From assembly GCA_965203295.1 (NCBI GenBank), contig CBDBCZ010000016.1:736001-800000 (forward strand): a stretch of 64,000 nucleotides of DNA. Direction: 5' to 3'. This DNA comes from Nitrospirales bacterium. Lineage in GTDB: Bacteria > Nitrospirota > Nitrospiria > Nitrospirales > UBA8639. This document shows positions 62,635 through 64,000 of this stretch, piece by piece. The translations under genes and the position numbers were made by a program. Every line of letters begins with the position of its first letter. Within the stretch, counting starts at the first letter, position 1. The notes beneath the pieces were generated by a model. It was not told the DNA's origin, searched no databases, and saw nothing but the letters and a program-made list of their open reading frames with translations.

Positions 62635-64000
62635 CAGGGTTTCATCTACTGGGGGGGGCAGGGGGGAAGCTTCCCCCCCAAACAATCTAGCTTCCCCCCC
62701 AAAGACTACATGTCATTGTGTATCATTACATCATAGGAAATACCATTCAATTGTGCAACACATCTGCACAGTACACAAAACCAAACACACACACAATATT
62801 AACTTATACAATAATTCTTCGCGGTCTCTGGTCTTTCCAGTGATCCAGTATAGCTTCCAGTTCGTTGTCGCTCAGCCTATCGGGCCCTTCGATGCAGATA
62901 CGCATGACTTGATCCAGGGTGTTCTCTCCGAGCCTGCTTCTTAGCCTGGTCTTCACAAGCTTCATATCACTAAAGCTTCTCTCTACTGTTGCTGTCGTGA
63001 CTGGTAAAACTAACTGAAGTGATGCCAAACATGCAAGGTTCGGAAAGGCAGCATTCAGGGTAGTATTCGTCAGCAGCTTACTAGTAACGTCTTGCAGACC
63101 AGTGGTGGTGTTATCACTCGATTCACGTTCAGAATCAGGTCTGTTCCTGAATTGGGTGAATATTACCCGCCGAAAGATTTTCCACTCACTTTCTGTCCCT
63201 TCTGTGTCTATATCAGGTGTGGAAATTCCTGTCTCACCCTCAAACGTCACTCGCTGCTCACTGCCATAGAAGTTCGTTAAAGTCTGAAGGTTCTCTGTGC
63301 CATATGTAGACAGACAATCTTCTGAGCTTGGCGAATGACGTGGATCGAATAGAGAGAATGCCGAAAACGTATCAGAGGCCTTCAGCCTGCTGGAGATGTG
63401 GTCAATGACACCTTGGATGTATGGGCGGTAAACTGTCCTGACGAAGGTTTCCTGATCAGTGACTGAAATTTCTGAGTTTTCAAGCTCTGCATACACGCCT
63501 GTGTGGTCCTTAAACCAAGTGCTGGACATTGGGCTCTCCTTCAACTCCCTGAGCCTTGAAATAGTACTCTCTACCATAACTGGCACAGCTGCAAGATCGA
63601 TTTGCTTAGACTGAAGGCTACCTTGCAGCTTAGCAACTGTGTGAAGAACATCACAAAGCATATAAAGGCATGCCACAAATTTGTATGTACGCAGCAGCTT
63701 AGCCAGACCGTATGCCTCAGCATCACCATTCCTTCATAAAGGTCGCTGAAGGTACGAATCAAGGCTGGTAGTGACTTTCGGACAGCACGAACACATCGCT
63801 CACGTGCCAGCCATCGTGTGTCACTAGGCTTGTGAATTTTCAACTCGGGTGCATCAAGTACTGCCTGAATCTCCACAAGCTTTTCAGCTTTTTTTGGTGA
63901 GTAGTGGAAAGTTTTCCAAATGGTAAGAAGTGTCCCCAAAACTCTTTGGACTTCACGGTGCTCATTAGCAGCATGAACTGCTGCCAGCTGTAGCTGATGG
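62635..64000 (-). mobile_element. hAT transposon (end CAGGGTTTCAT at 62635) inserted in the helicase intron; continues beyond the window
   Basis: Terminus plus transposase ORFs (next feature). Confidence 0.85.
62804..64000 (-). pseudogene. hAT transposase (ZNF862/KIAA1586-like), C-terminal part, frameshift near 63730
   Basis: HQLQLAAVHA, FHYSPKK, SDTRWLARE, and the hAT dimerization motif LVLPVTTATVERSFSDMKLVKTRLRSRL. Confidence 0.88.

Overview
Eukaryotic, intron-rich animal DNA with short GT-AG introns. The gene and transposon style suggests a sponge or another non-bilaterian, but this is inference. No rRNA, tRNA or CRISPR was seen. 1-10.7 kb holds the 3' half of a multi-exon RNF213/mysterin-like gene that ends in a SAM domain and appears to lack a canonical RZ finger. 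21.3-24.2 kb holds an intact, intronless 987-aa ORF fusing a bacterial-style class A flavoprotein aromatic hydroxylase, through a hydrophobic linker, to an RTN4IP1-like NADPH:quinone oxidoreductase; this is the best candidate for an undescribed system. The rest is mostly nested transposon sequence: many TAG...CTA elements with 9-bp target-site duplications (TSDs; AcademH-type), two decayed AcademH transposase genes plus a RecQ-like helicase, a 10.8-kb EnSpm/CACTA element with a divergent BEN-domain gene, an RT-deleted tyrosine-recombinase retrotransposon whose gag appears to carry a spliceosomal intron, a hAT transposase, a HIRAN-carrying Tc1/mariner-like element, tiny palindromes with 7-bp TSDs resembling P-element footprints, a minisatellite derived from a terminal inverted repeat (TIR), and decayed duplicated MRPL22 copies. 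All family assignments come from motif recognition by eye; no searches were run.
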